This document shows positions 36,008-46,900 of a stretch of 64,000 bases of DNA, piece by piece. Position numbers and translations under genes: made by a program. Location of the stretch: positions 7,341-71,340 of the IMG/VR virus record IMGVR_UViG_3300020045_009568; one strand, written 5' to 3'. This DNA comes from a virus (lineage: Duplodnaviria; Caudoviricetes). How positions within the stretch are numbered: position 1 is the first letter of the stretch; each line of letters starts with the position of its first letter. The notes below the pieces were generated by a model. It was not told the DNA's origin, searched no databases, and saw only the letters and a program-made list of their open reading frames with translations.

Positions 36008-38335
36008 TTACCCAGCCATCACCGGTTCTTCAATACCTTGCTCTGCCATATTCTCCGCAGGGTTTTCTTGTTCAGGCGCCATCGTTGGTGGCGCTGCCTG
36101 TTGAGGATTGCTCATAGCAGATTGCGCCAGCTTTGTAATGTTGTTGTGAATGGTAGATGCTCCGGCAATACCAAGTCGCATTTTCTCAACTTCAATAGTC
36201 CTGTAAGTGATCTCTTTTTCTAAGTCCATTTTACGATCGTATTCCTTATCAATGGTTTCCTGTTTTGCTTTCTCCACTGCCAATGCGCTTTCTGTTTGCA
36301 CCTGTCCATTCATCTGCTGCTGCTGCAATGCAAACTGCTCTTTCTTTTCCCTGTTTTTACGTGACCTTGATTCAAGGATAACCTGTGCGTCTTTCAGGTT
36401 GTAGGCATCAATTACCGCAAACACATCTGCGCTTGTAAGGAAGCCCTGTTTAATTTCTTCCCTCATCATTTCATACACCACCTGCTTTTGTTCATCTGTT
36501 GGCCTGTCTTCAATAACAATAGAATAATCACAAGGGAACTGTGTCGCAGAAAATTTAAAGTATTCAATGGTATTTTGCCCAATAGCCTGTGCATAACCCC
36601 CATAATCACCAATGAGTAACGCTGTTTGAAAGCGTGGGATAATGTTTCGTGATACCGCCTCTACAAACTTGCGCCTTGCGTTTTCAAGGAAATACAATGC
36701 GTTATTGGTGCCGGCATTTTGCAGCCTGGCTACACCATTCAGCATTTTTGGGTTTACGGTGGCACTATCGGTTGTTTGATTGAGCCCACTTATTTCATAC
36801 AGTTTTCCGGTAAGGTTTTGGTAATCCGTCCACATGCCGGCAAGCTCAACTGCACCATTCATCATGATTGGCTCTACGGGCTTACGCTGTACCATTTTGC
36901 CATCCTGAATAAGATTTTCAGAGCGATAGGCGAGTACCCCATTTTGCAGGAACATATCCAGTATTTCTTTCGGAGAAAGGTTTTTTCCAGCATCGCCAAG
37001 CGCTACGCCTTCCAGCGAAGAGAAGTCAATCGCAACACCATTGGTGATCATGGTATTCCTTAGCGTCCTCATCTTTGCCACAACCATTTGTATCTCATCT
37101 GCAACAGGTATTAAGTCTTCCATAATACCCCTTGCTCTCATCTTATCAAACATGGTTGCAAAAGCAATAAAGCTCAAAGATGTTTTGCCCACCTTTTCTT
37201 TATCCATGCTTCTTTTGGTATTGGTAGCCTTGCCGAAGTCATAAATAAAATCTGTACCCACAACCCATTTGCCTTTATAAACTTCCTCCCTGGTAACGGG
37301 TTTTACCTTTCGGTTTTCTGTAGCTGGTTTATTGAGATTGCTGTAATCGGTCTTGCCAAACTTCTTATTGCCAAATTTGTTGATCCTCTCTTCTACCGCA
37401 ACAGTATCATAGGATAACATTTCAAAATCAAATATTTCAACCTTGAATGGATCCCACCCTCTCATTGTGCTGGTGTTATAATATTGCGGATTACCATTTT
37501 TGCCCTTTACTGCATCGGCAATTTTGGCAAGCGTTGCGTCATCAAACCACTTTGAAAGAGAGCCAACAGTAACCCTTTTATATACGCCGGCGTGAGTTAA
37601 CTTGTCAAAATTGCCAGTTTCAGAATACGAGCACACAAAATCTCCGGGCCAGTATCTTTCAATAAAAACATGGTTTTCTTCATTGATGCCTTCACGACCT
37701 ACACACACGCCATACTTCACATTATCTTCATCCCACAATTCAACCAATTTCTCCATGCCGTTCTCGTAAAACAACATGCCGATAGCCTGCTCAATATCTT
37801 TTGCCCGAATGAATTTTGGGCTGAATTGTTTGGCCAATTTCAGTTCCTCTACATCTTCCGGTTCGCCATCTTCTTTTGCCAGCGAAGGGTTATTGGCATA
37901 AGCAGGGTTTGCTTTTATTGCAGCTTCCCTCATCGCTATTTTAATATACATCTGATCATACCACTCATCCAACTTGCTTTTTGCGGTGGAATCCAGTGGA
38001 GTAGCGTTGATATTGTATTCAATTTTTTTAAGCCGGCCAAGTATCTTCTGCACATGAGTTTTTACCAGTCCGTCAATGGTTTGATCGGTATTGATCCAAG
38101 TACTTGCCGGGTTCTTTTCACCTGTCTGCCATTCAATATACCTCATGGCAGATTGCATAGCCATGTAATAGCTATCAATTTCCTCGTACCGTAATCTTTT
38201 AGCATAAAAGATACTGCCGGTTTGCATACCGGTAGCCCAGTTATTCACGATGGCTTTTGCGGCTTGCAGGCACCACTTTTCGCCCTTCTCTTTTGGGTTG
38301 ATATCGTGTTTCGGGAATGATACTGTCTGGTCCAT
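36008..38335 (-). CDS. Portal protein (large, crAss-like size class)
   Basis: 775 aa directly downstream of TerL; portal-like GLN...NTNNAL...EDRPTDE clip/crown pattern and Q-rich C-terminus. Confidence 0.8.
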   Translation of the reverse strand: MDQTVSFPKHDINPKEKGEKWCLQAAKAIVNNWATGMQTGSIFYAKRLRYEEIDSYYMAMQSAMRYIEWQTGEKNPASTWINTDQTIDGLVKTHVQKILGRLKKIEYNINATPLDSTAKSKLDEWYDQMYIKIAMREAAIKANPAYANNPSLAKEDGEPEDVEELKLAKQFSPKFIRAKDIEQAIGMLFYENGMEKLVELWDEDNVKYGVCVGREGINEENHVFIERYWPGDFVCSYSETGNFDKLTHAGVYKRVTVGSLSKWFDDATLAKIADAVKGKNGNPQYYNTSTMRGWDPFKVEIFDFEMLSYDTVAVEERINKFGNKKFGKTDYSNLNKPATENRKVKPVTREEVYKGKWVVGTDFIYDFGKATNTKRSMDKEKVGKTSLSFIAFATMFDKMRARGIMEDLIPVADEIQMVVAKMRTLRNTMITNGVAIDFSSLEGVALGDAGKNLSPKEILDMFLQNGVLAYRSENLIQDGKMVQRKPVEPIMMNGAVELAGMWTDYQNLTGKLYEISGLNQTTDSATVNPKMLNGVARLQNAGTNNALYFLENARRKFVEAVSRNIIPRFQTALLIGDYGGYAQAIGQNTIEYFKFSATQFPCDYSIVIEDRPTDEQKQVVYEMMREEIKQGFLTSADVFAVIDAYNLKDAQVILESRSRKNREKKEQFALQQQQMNGQVQTESALAVEKAKQETIDKEYDRKMDLEKEITYRTIEVEKMRLGIAGASTIHNNITKLAQSAMSNPQQAAPPTMAPEQENPAENMAEQGIEEPVMAG

Positions 38336-38338
38336 AGG

Positions 38339-40372
38339 TTATGCGGTTTTATGTTTTTTGAAGCCGTAATCTGCCAGCGGCCTAAGTTTGCCCTCTGTGC
38401 TTTTTTCCACCTTTAATGCATCGGCCACAAGCGTCCATCCTGCAGCCATCGTAAGGTCAAACTTCTGTGTTTTTTTTACATTGAATCCCTTCCAGTCTTC
38501 AATTAGTGCCGGGAAGTGAACTTTTTTTATGTTATCTTCTATATACGCCTCTGTCACGGCAAGGAGCGTATATTTATTGTCTTCTGTACTTGGAATGCCG
38601 TATTGTTTATATCCTGGTATTTTAACCAAAAAAGGCTCTAGCCCTTGTGATATAAACCATCTTTCAATTTCAGATTTGTTACTTTCAAATATCAGCTTGC
38701 ACCCGAAATACCAGCATAGTTTTACTATATCTTCAAAAAGAAGATATAGTGTTTTTGGTCTGCCATGATACTTGCAAACAAACGATTTATTAAACATTTC
38801 GTTCTCGCCAAAAGGGTTGTTTTTTTTATACACCATTGCGGCGGCCATACTTCGACGAAAATCTTCGGTTTCATCTGTTCCGTATGGATCAAGCCCAATC
38901 AAAAACTTAACATTATTCATTGGCTTAAACCCAGCTGGCGTCTTAGATACATTATTGATGTCTTCCGGGTTATCAAACTGAAAGGCTTTTGGGATTTCAA
39001 ATCTTCCGTTGGAATCTTTCACCCAAAGCGCCCTGCCAAACTTTACCCCATTTTCCCAAATTAAATTTCCCTTTTCAATACAGCCTGGCATTCCATCTAT
39101 TTCCCATATCCGCTGATTTAGTAACCCCAAATTAAAATGGCAATTTTCTGTCGAAAACATAAAAGCCTCTGCTTCACTTAGCGGCTCTTTTCTCATTTCC
39201 GCATACAAAGTGTCAGGGTCGTCTACAAAGCTTTGGCGCTCTAAATGTATGGCGGCCCTATTCTGTTCCACAAGCGGCTCTCCATATATGTCGTGTTCGC
39301 CAGCCCTGTCTGCGGGGATAAAGAACCTGCATAACCCGGTCTTTGTGGCGCCAGTTTGAGTAGGATTATATTGATCACTATCTTGCCATAGCTTTTTAAA
39401 ATTAAATTTCAACCCCATCAACTCTACCGTTGACGTCACCCACATTTTGCCAATTATCTTCCTGTCGATATCAACACAGCATTTCTTTACAATTGAATGC
39501 CGGGCTATTACATCCGTTTCAACCTTGCCGCTTTCGTCAAGTATTAAGAATCTCACTCTTTCCCCATCATAGGCTTTCGGTTTTGCATTCCTGTAGTCTA
39601 TTTTTGATTTAAGTTCAGAGCCTCTTAAATTGGCTTGCGCCTTTTTTCCTTTAATGCTTGGTTTGTAAAATCGTAATGACCCTTTTGGCGTAGACCCTGC
39701 AGATGTATCCCAAACCGGGATGAAAAATGAAGGCAGGTATTTGAATTGATTGACGATATTCTTTTCAAAAAAACTTTCAGCGCTGTCCTCATCCATGCTT
39801 TGAATACCACAAAGAGCCCCCTTTGTTCTGGATGCTATTTCATAAGCGATAGCCCCAGCTCTTAAGCTTTTGCCATCCCTTCTTTTTCTTACTTCAATTC
39901 CGCCAATGCATTTAGGATTTTCGGAAATATGTTGGTAGAAATAAAAGTACTCCAGGTCCACCACCCTATATTTAAGTGGCTCCGTTTCAGACTTCCTGAA
40001 ATAGTTTAAGAAGAAGTAATACATTCCGGTCAAGTAAACAGGCTTGCCATTTATCCAAACCCAAACGCCATAAAGCCTCCTATGCCACTCCCTGCTTCTA
40101 ATAATATTCAATTCGGGGTCTGTATAGGTAGCAGCCAACCCTTGCTTTATCTGGTCATCCTGTCGTTCTTTTTCAATCAAAACTCTTTCCTCAAAATCCT
40201 CTGGTATCGGCTGAATCTCCCAGTATTGATCTTCCTTTTTGGTACTTCTTTTTATAACGTCCACCGGTAAAAGCTCAGCAGTTTCACTATGCGACCCCAT
40301 CCCATAAGGGGGCACCCAGCAGGCAAGCCCCTGAATTTCAATTTTAGTTCCATTGGGTATTTCGGCGTACAT
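38339..40372 (-). CDS. terL: Terminase large subunit
   Basis: Walker A RKRRDGKS, Walker B LILDESGK, nuclease motifs IGLDPY and FDLTMA. Confidence 0.9.
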   Translation of the reverse strand: MYAEIPNGTKIEIQGLACWVPPYGMGSHSETAELLPVDVIKRSTKKEDQYWEIQPIPEDFEERVLIEKERQDDQIKQGLAATYTDPELNIIRSREWHRRLYGVWVWINGKPVYLTGMYYFFLNYFRKSETEPLKYRVVDLEYFYFYQHISENPKCIGGIEVRKRRDGKSLRAGAIAYEIASRTKGALCGIQSMDEDSAESFFEKNIVNQFKYLPSFFIPVWDTSAGSTPKGSLRFYKPSIKGKKAQANLRGSELKSKIDYRNAKPKAYDGERVRFLILDESGKVETDVIARHSIVKKCCVDIDRKIIGKMWVTSTVELMGLKFNFKKLWQDSDQYNPTQTGATKTGLCRFFIPADRAGEHDIYGEPLVEQNRAAIHLERQSFVDDPDTLYAEMRKEPLSEAEAFMFSTENCHFNLGLLNQRIWEIDGMPGCIEKGNLIWENGVKFGRALWVKDSNGRFEIPKAFQFDNPEDINNVSKTPAGFKPMNNVKFLIGLDPYGTDETEDFRRSMAAAMVYKKNNPFGENEMFNKSFVCKYHGRPKTLYLLFEDIVKLCWYFGCKLIFESNKSEIERWFISQGLEPFLVKIPGYKQYGIPSTEDNKYTLLAVTEAYIEDNIKKVHFPALIEDWKGFNVKKTQKFDLTMAAGWTLVADALKVEKSTEGKLRPLADYGFKKHKTA

Positions 40373-40380
40373 ATTTTTAT

Positions 40381-40962
40381 TTACTTGCCTGCAAAAAATT
40401 CAGGCGTAAAGCTATTTGCTGCTACCGCTTTCTGCAGTACTGAATCATCCATATAAAGCCTCTTATAGTCATTATCTATTCGCAGGCTGATCGCTGCCAT
40501 ATCTTCACTAAGCTTTGTCTTTATCGCAATGGCGCTCAATAAATCCTTTTCCCCTTTATCGGAAGATACTGGCTGCAATAGCCTCTTGCCATATTCGTAA
40601 AATGTTTGCTCATTGGCGAAAATCATGTAAGCCAGCCGCTCCTGAATATGGTTTTTTAAAAAAATGTCTACCGCTGTAACTACAAAAGGATTAGTCAGCT
40701 CAAATATTTGCTCCAGCTCATTCTCGTTTAGCTTAAACCCTGCATATTGAGCAGCAATTCTCTGCCTGGTGCTCACATTTGCCGTATCTCTTATCAAAGG
40801 GCTCCTGTAATCATACATTAGGCACACGTACCGCATCAACATCTCTTTGTCGCCTTCATATTCTGGAGATACGCATTCCATAACGGCGCTGTATTTTTTC
40901 GCAAAATCTTTAGTTAGCGGGTTGTATTTACAGCCGGAAAAATCTTTTTCATTGTATTGCAT
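40381..40962 (-). CDS. Hypothetical protein in small-terminase position
   Basis: Helical 193-aa protein immediately upstream of TerL with its own promoter motif. Confidence 0.5.
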   Translation of the reverse strand: MQYNEKDFSGCKYNPLTKDFAKKYSAVMECVSPEYEGDKEMLMRYVCLMYDYRSPLIRDTANVSTRQRIAAQYAGFKLNENELEQIFELTNPFVVTAVDIFLKNHIQERLAYMIFANEQTFYEYGKRLLQPVSSDKGEKDLLSAIAIKTKLSEDMAAISLRIDNDYKRLYMDDSVLQKAVAANSFTPEFFAGK

Positions 40963-40981
40963 AAGTTAGATAATATAACTT
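40963..40981. promoter_or_regulatory. AAGTTA-N7-TAACTT palindrome, copy 5
   Basis: aagtta gataata taactt abutting the ATG, downstream of minus-strand TATCTTTG. Confidence 0.7.
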
Positions 40982-40995
40982 CAAAGATAAAAAAA

Positions 40996-43900
40996 TTAAC
41001 GGCTTTCGTCTTTTTGTTTCTTCTTCTCAATTTGAAATTCCTTCATGTTCGCATTCTTCCAGGTTAGCAGCAATGATTTTGCATAGCCTGTTAACTCTTT
41101 CCCTGCCTTTTCTTTTGCTGCATCATCTTTAAGGTTGAAGTATTCACCAGCCATATCAGAAAATGCTTTGTAGTCACGGCTACGCTCCATGTTCCATTCC
41201 TTCGCAAACTTCACAAGCTCCTGCACCGATTGTGAATTGTAAGCAGGGGAGTGTTTGAAAAACCCAAGGTCGGTAATATCAAAAGTTTCGTTTGATTCTT
41301 TATTCCCGATATCAGAGAGTTTCATTGCGGTATTACCAAAATAAGAGAACTGGCCACGTATAAAGTGATCAACCTTTCGTCCATCAATACCAGCCGCCTG
41401 CTGCACTAATAGCCCTAGCCTTGAAGCGGTTTCGGTATGTCGTAATTCCAGCGCCAAGTTTGCTTCATGAGCCGGGATGATTGTTTTCTCCCTGTAAAAA
41501 TCATAGTTGGCTACATTCTCAACTATCGGACGCAGGAATCCTGCAGCAGCAGCTTCATCAAATGGCATCATTGATTTTGCAACAGTGCCGGCATATCCTT
41601 TATATGCATCCTCTCTTTTGTATGCGATGTTGCTAAGTACCCTGTCCATGCCAGCGGCAGCTAAACTCAACTCGTATGGCTTTGGAATAGAGAGCCACTT
41701 GTTTGGCCCAATTTTATAATTCCAGTACATATCCCTTTGGTATGCCGGTATCTCTTCGTATTCGTCAGCAGTTTCCTTATCACGATGATTCAGGTACCAT
41801 AAACCTGCTGCCGGAAGTATTGAATATAAAGCAGTTCTTAAGGCAAATCCTGCCGGATTTTTGGCGATACTTACAGCTGTTGATCTCATACCCTGCACAG
41901 CCGCATTTGTGAACGGTATAAGTTGGTTGACCATGCGCATAGTGTGTCCTGCCACTGCGAAGTCAATCAGGTCCCTGGCTTTGTATGCGCCATACAGCAT
42001 AGCGTTATAATCATCCATCCCCTTTGCCTTTGCTTCTCTTATGCCGCCACGATATTCAGCAACCCGGTTGGCTGTTTCTGATTTATACAACAGGTTTTCA
42101 TACCCATGCCATACATCTTTTAATCTTACAGGATCCAGCAGAATAAATTTTTTATTTTTCGCCATTTCATCCATGGTAGTTTCGAGTAACCCGTAGTAAT
42201 GGCTGCGATCCCTGAAATAAAATCCTGCATTTAATCCGCCAGCTTTTGCAACATCCTGCCAGTGGGCTTTATTGCCAACGAAATCTTTTAGCCCCGATCC
42301 TGTAGTGGATTTTATTAAGCGGTCCTGCGTATCCCTTACAATATTCCTTGCGGCAAAAGTGGGGAAGTGGGTAACGGTAAACCGCAGCAACTGGCCCGGC
42401 ATGCGCATAATGCCTGGTAAATTCCACAAGTCGCCGTCAAGGTTTTTAATTGCCCTGTGAATTTCAGGATGAAATACCCACGTTTCTGCTTTGCCATCCA
42501 CGAATATTTTCTGCGAATTCTTGTCACCCTCTTTTCCGAGAAAGCCGATATCAGAATAAGCCTTTACATCCCCCTGGTTCATTTGCCTTTGCTCCATGAT
42601 CATATCCCTGAAAGTTCGCATCACCTCATTACGGTCTGCTTCTTTTATGGACTTGTTCATATTTTCAAGCAATACAGAATACGGGTTGGCAATCTCCTTT
42701 GATGATCCCTTGATCGCAAATATTGGTTGCTTAACAGAGCCCAGCGCCTTGCCTCCGCCGCCTTTCAATCCCATATCAATCTCTACTCCGGGCTCAGCTT
42801 CAAATATGCGGTTCATAGCCACATATTGAATGTTGTTTTGTTTTATAAACTGGTATCCACCAATTAAGTTGCCGTCTTTATCTTCCACTCTATCTGCAAT
42901 CCTTCCCTTGGCAACCATGTATTGTAATATATCATCAGCTAACTCACGGTAACGGGTAGCCGCTTCTTTAATTCTTGCCAGCCTTTTGGGGTCGCCATTG
43001 TCGAATTCTTCCAATGTTTTTGTAGCAACATCCAGGTCTTTCAATATGCCGCCGCCGGTACCGGTAAGTACATCTGCACGATTAAATCTTTTTGCAAGCT
43101 CTACCGCTCTTTCAGATACCATGTACGCCAGTGTATCTTCCATATCCCTCATGATAGAGCCTGTATCGGTATTGTCCAATGGCTCCAGCAACCACTTTAC
43201 ACTTTTAGGCTTGCCATTCTTATCCTGCAATCTGTTCAGCTTGGCATCCACCATCCCGTTATTTACTATGTCATCAAACTTGCCATTGTAACCCAGTAGC
43301 AACCGTGACAATATAATGGGATCGTTCTCAGGCAACACTTCATCAACACCACGAATTCCTTTTGAAAATTTGAATGCTTTATTAAAAGCCTGCATTGGTT
43401 GCAGGAGGTTAGCGGCAAACCTGTCCGTCCAGTTCAGGTAAAATTTACCTGCTTCATCATGACCAAATAGTTTTTGCCAAACACTTTTATCTTCTGGCTT
43501 AATTTCAATATTAGCCAACGTTTTATCTCTCCCGCTTGCGCCGGCCCATGTTCTTATATCGATAGAAAGTTCTTCAACTGATTTCTTGGTGGCATCGTCA
43601 ACCTTATTCTGGTAAATCTTGTGGATCTCCGGCGCATCGTAAATTGCCTGTTTTGGGTTTACGATAAAAGCCCTTACCCATTCGGCAACACCTTCCGCCC
43701 GTTTGTATCTGTCAGGATTTGGATGGCCCTTTGGTGGCTTGCTTGCGGCCGGGGAATTCATGAAGTATGGCAATTCTTTGGCAGCTGCAGGGTTTGCCAT
43801 TATAGCATCTGTGATATGATGAACGTCATCCAGTTTATGCCCAAACTCATGCGAAGTTGTATCCAGGTCGCCGCTGTACCGCAATTTTATAGCAGCATTG

Positions 43901-46900
43901 CTTGGCGTATATGTACCTGCAGCACCCCTTGAAACCTTAGCGTAAAATATTTTTTGATTTACTTTTTTTGCAAACTCCCGCAGGATTTTAGAAAGATTTT
44001 TAGGCTTGCCCCCAACAATCGGATCGGTAGAAATTCGGCCGGTTACATTGATTGGTTTAGCGCCGGCCACCTCTTCATAAAATCTTTTCTTGGCTGGTTC
44101 CTCAAACAGATCAGGATTGTCGCTGTCGGCCTCAACACCTGCATCTTTGGTTGCTTTATCCAGTGCAGCTTTGGCTTCTTTTACTTTGGCTTTGAGTGGG
44201 TCTAAAATATCTTTGGCATCGTTTTGTTCAAACATGCCTTTTTGTGCAGCAGCGTTACCGAAAATATCAGTTTGGGTAGATTGCTCTTTGGAGAGTTTTT
44301 CCTGTACGGCTTCTAATTTACGAACAGCTTTGTCGTATTCAGCCTTGAAAGAGTTTATTTTATCTTGGATGGAAGATTGGCCTTCGCCTGGCTTTGGTGC
44401 CTCCGGTTTAATTTCACTCCCCGCAGTTTCAGGCTGTCCAGTGCTTCCTTGTCCTTCATTATTTGGTGAGCTTTCATTTTTGTCAACAACGTACTCAGGT
44501 TCTGCTTGTCCATGTAGCTTTTCTTTTAATAATTTGTCAATGTATGTAGTAGCTTCCGGGGTGAGGTTTAAAAAATCAGGGTCAAAGCCATTGGAATCTT
44601 CTTCCATTTTATCCCAATTGATAGCACCCTGCTCGTTGTATCTTTCCAATAAAGATATTAACTCTTTTTGAATGTTTTCGGGGATTTTTTCTACTTCATT
44701 CTCGACCGCTTTAAGCATTTCATTACCAATCACTTCGCTTTCTGCTTCGGTTAAGTTCTTTTCAATGCCGCTGCCATATCTGTCAACAAGCTCTTTTGCC
44801 ATGCCTGGCGCCGAAACGTGATCTTTCAAAACAGTTTCAATCGCTTCCCTGTAATCCTGCGTAGTATACTGATTGTCTGCATCTAAGCGCTGGTTGCCCT
44901 CTTCCCACATTTGATGGGCAAGCTCATCAATGCCTTTTGCATTCTTGTTCAAAAGCGTAAACCGGGATTTCCTTTCGCCTTCGGCAGATGCATTTTGACG
45001 AATGGCTTCGCTTTTGCCCCCATACAGTTCCTCTATTACAGAGGTATTTATCTTGCCGCCATCTGCAAAATGCTTCAATACGATATCTCTTGGCGCAAAC
45101 GTGGTATCAATTTCCAGTTCCCTTGCTTTTTTCATCAACCCCTTTTCTTTAATGGGCTTATCCGCAACAGTTACCTTGTTCCTGTCGAATACAATCAGCT
45201 CACCTTCCTGCGTATCGCTTTCCCTGAAATACAAGGCATCGTATCCTTGCTTCTGGTAATCTTCTGTAACGAGTTTGGCCGCCTTAGTCCTGGCGGATTG
45301 CTCAAAATAGTCCTCGTTGATCTTGTCGCCCTGTACCGATTTATACCACTGGCTCACCTGCTCATTACTTGGTTCTTTTGTACCGGCAAATTTTTGAACA
45401 TCTTTGGTGTATTCAAAAGGAATATCCTTAAACTCAATTTTGTTTTCATTCAGTAATTGCCCCAACTTTTCCTGCTGCAACTTGGCATTTTCAACATAAT
45501 CCGTCAGCCTTGGATTTTCAATATTCACCTTGGCTTTTTTGGCTGCCTTGTCTTTGGTGGAATAACGGTTGCCCGATTCTGTTGATAGATACATGCCTTC
45601 GGCCTGCTTTGCTCCCATGCCGGTATTTTCAACATGAGTAAGCCCCAGTGATTTTATTTCTTTGATGATCGCCTCGTCCGGTTTGGCTTTAGGGATTTCG
45701 GGCTGTGCTGGTTCAGTAGTCGCAATATCTTCTTTTGGTGCTTCCGGCTGCAGCATTTGCCTGCGTTCTTCCTGTAATACTTTTACCTCTTCTTTAATAG
45801 GCTCAATCTGTACCTTATCAGTAAGCTCACTAATTTGTTGTTCAGCCTGTTTTTCATTCAGCAGGTTCACGGCATACTCAGCCTGCTTATTTTCAGGCAA
45901 TGTTTTTGGCAGGTCTTTGCTATTGCGTATCTCTGCCAGTTTGGTAACAATATCTAGTTTGGCAGCAGCATCTTCCGGGTTTAATTTCCCAGCCTGTACC
46001 GCCGCTTCAAGATCAGTTTTAAAAGCATACACATCCTTGCTTGCCTCAAAGGCGCTGTTGATCACTTCTGCACGATTCTTTGCTTCTTTGGCTACGCCAC
46101 GGCCATGCAGGATGGATAGCGGGCCAAATATGATAGCATTGTGGGCAAATGTTTTGGCAATATCAAATTGATGTTCGCTTGCTGATTGTTGGTTAAACAA
46201 TGCCTCAACAGCTACATCTTTTAATTCATTCGCTGTAAGAATAGTGGATGCACTCAGGTTATTTGCAATGGCATTTTTAGCAGTATTGTAAACGAAATTG
46301 CCCACCACTTCCGGTGTCATTGCCTGTACGCCCTCTTTTGGGATTAACGAAGCAAAATCTTTTGCAGCTGCTTTTGTGAAAAATGCTTTTTTCACCAGCC
46401 CCTCCGGATCTAGTTTTGCAAATAATAATCCTCCCAGCGTGCCAGTGATCAATGCGTATGCTTTTTGCTCTATTGGGTCTTTGGTAAAAGTTTTAGCCCA
46501 TTCAATTCCATCATCATAAGTCAGCGCTACATTGCTTGCAATGTTTGATGCAACATGAGCGCCGGTAGTGCCAAGTCCTGCTGTTTTCGCCAATGCTCCA
46601 AAAGCCTTGTTCCCAATGATGAAATTTGTAACTGTAGCCATAGCTCCAGCAACTCCTTGCCCACTGCCATAGCCCCAGTTTAATTGGCCTGCTTTTTCGT
46701 TGTCGATAGGCTTTAAAAAGGTTTCGCCTTTTTCGGTATCTATAATTGAACCTGGTTGCTCAAATTGCTTATTTGGGTTTACAGCACTGTATTCAGCCAT
46801 TGCCACTTTCCCGAACGCTTCCGATTCTGGCGTTTCCGATCCCAGCAATCTTGCAGCAGGCGCACCCATTTTATTGAACCCTTCCGCCGTCTTTAAAATA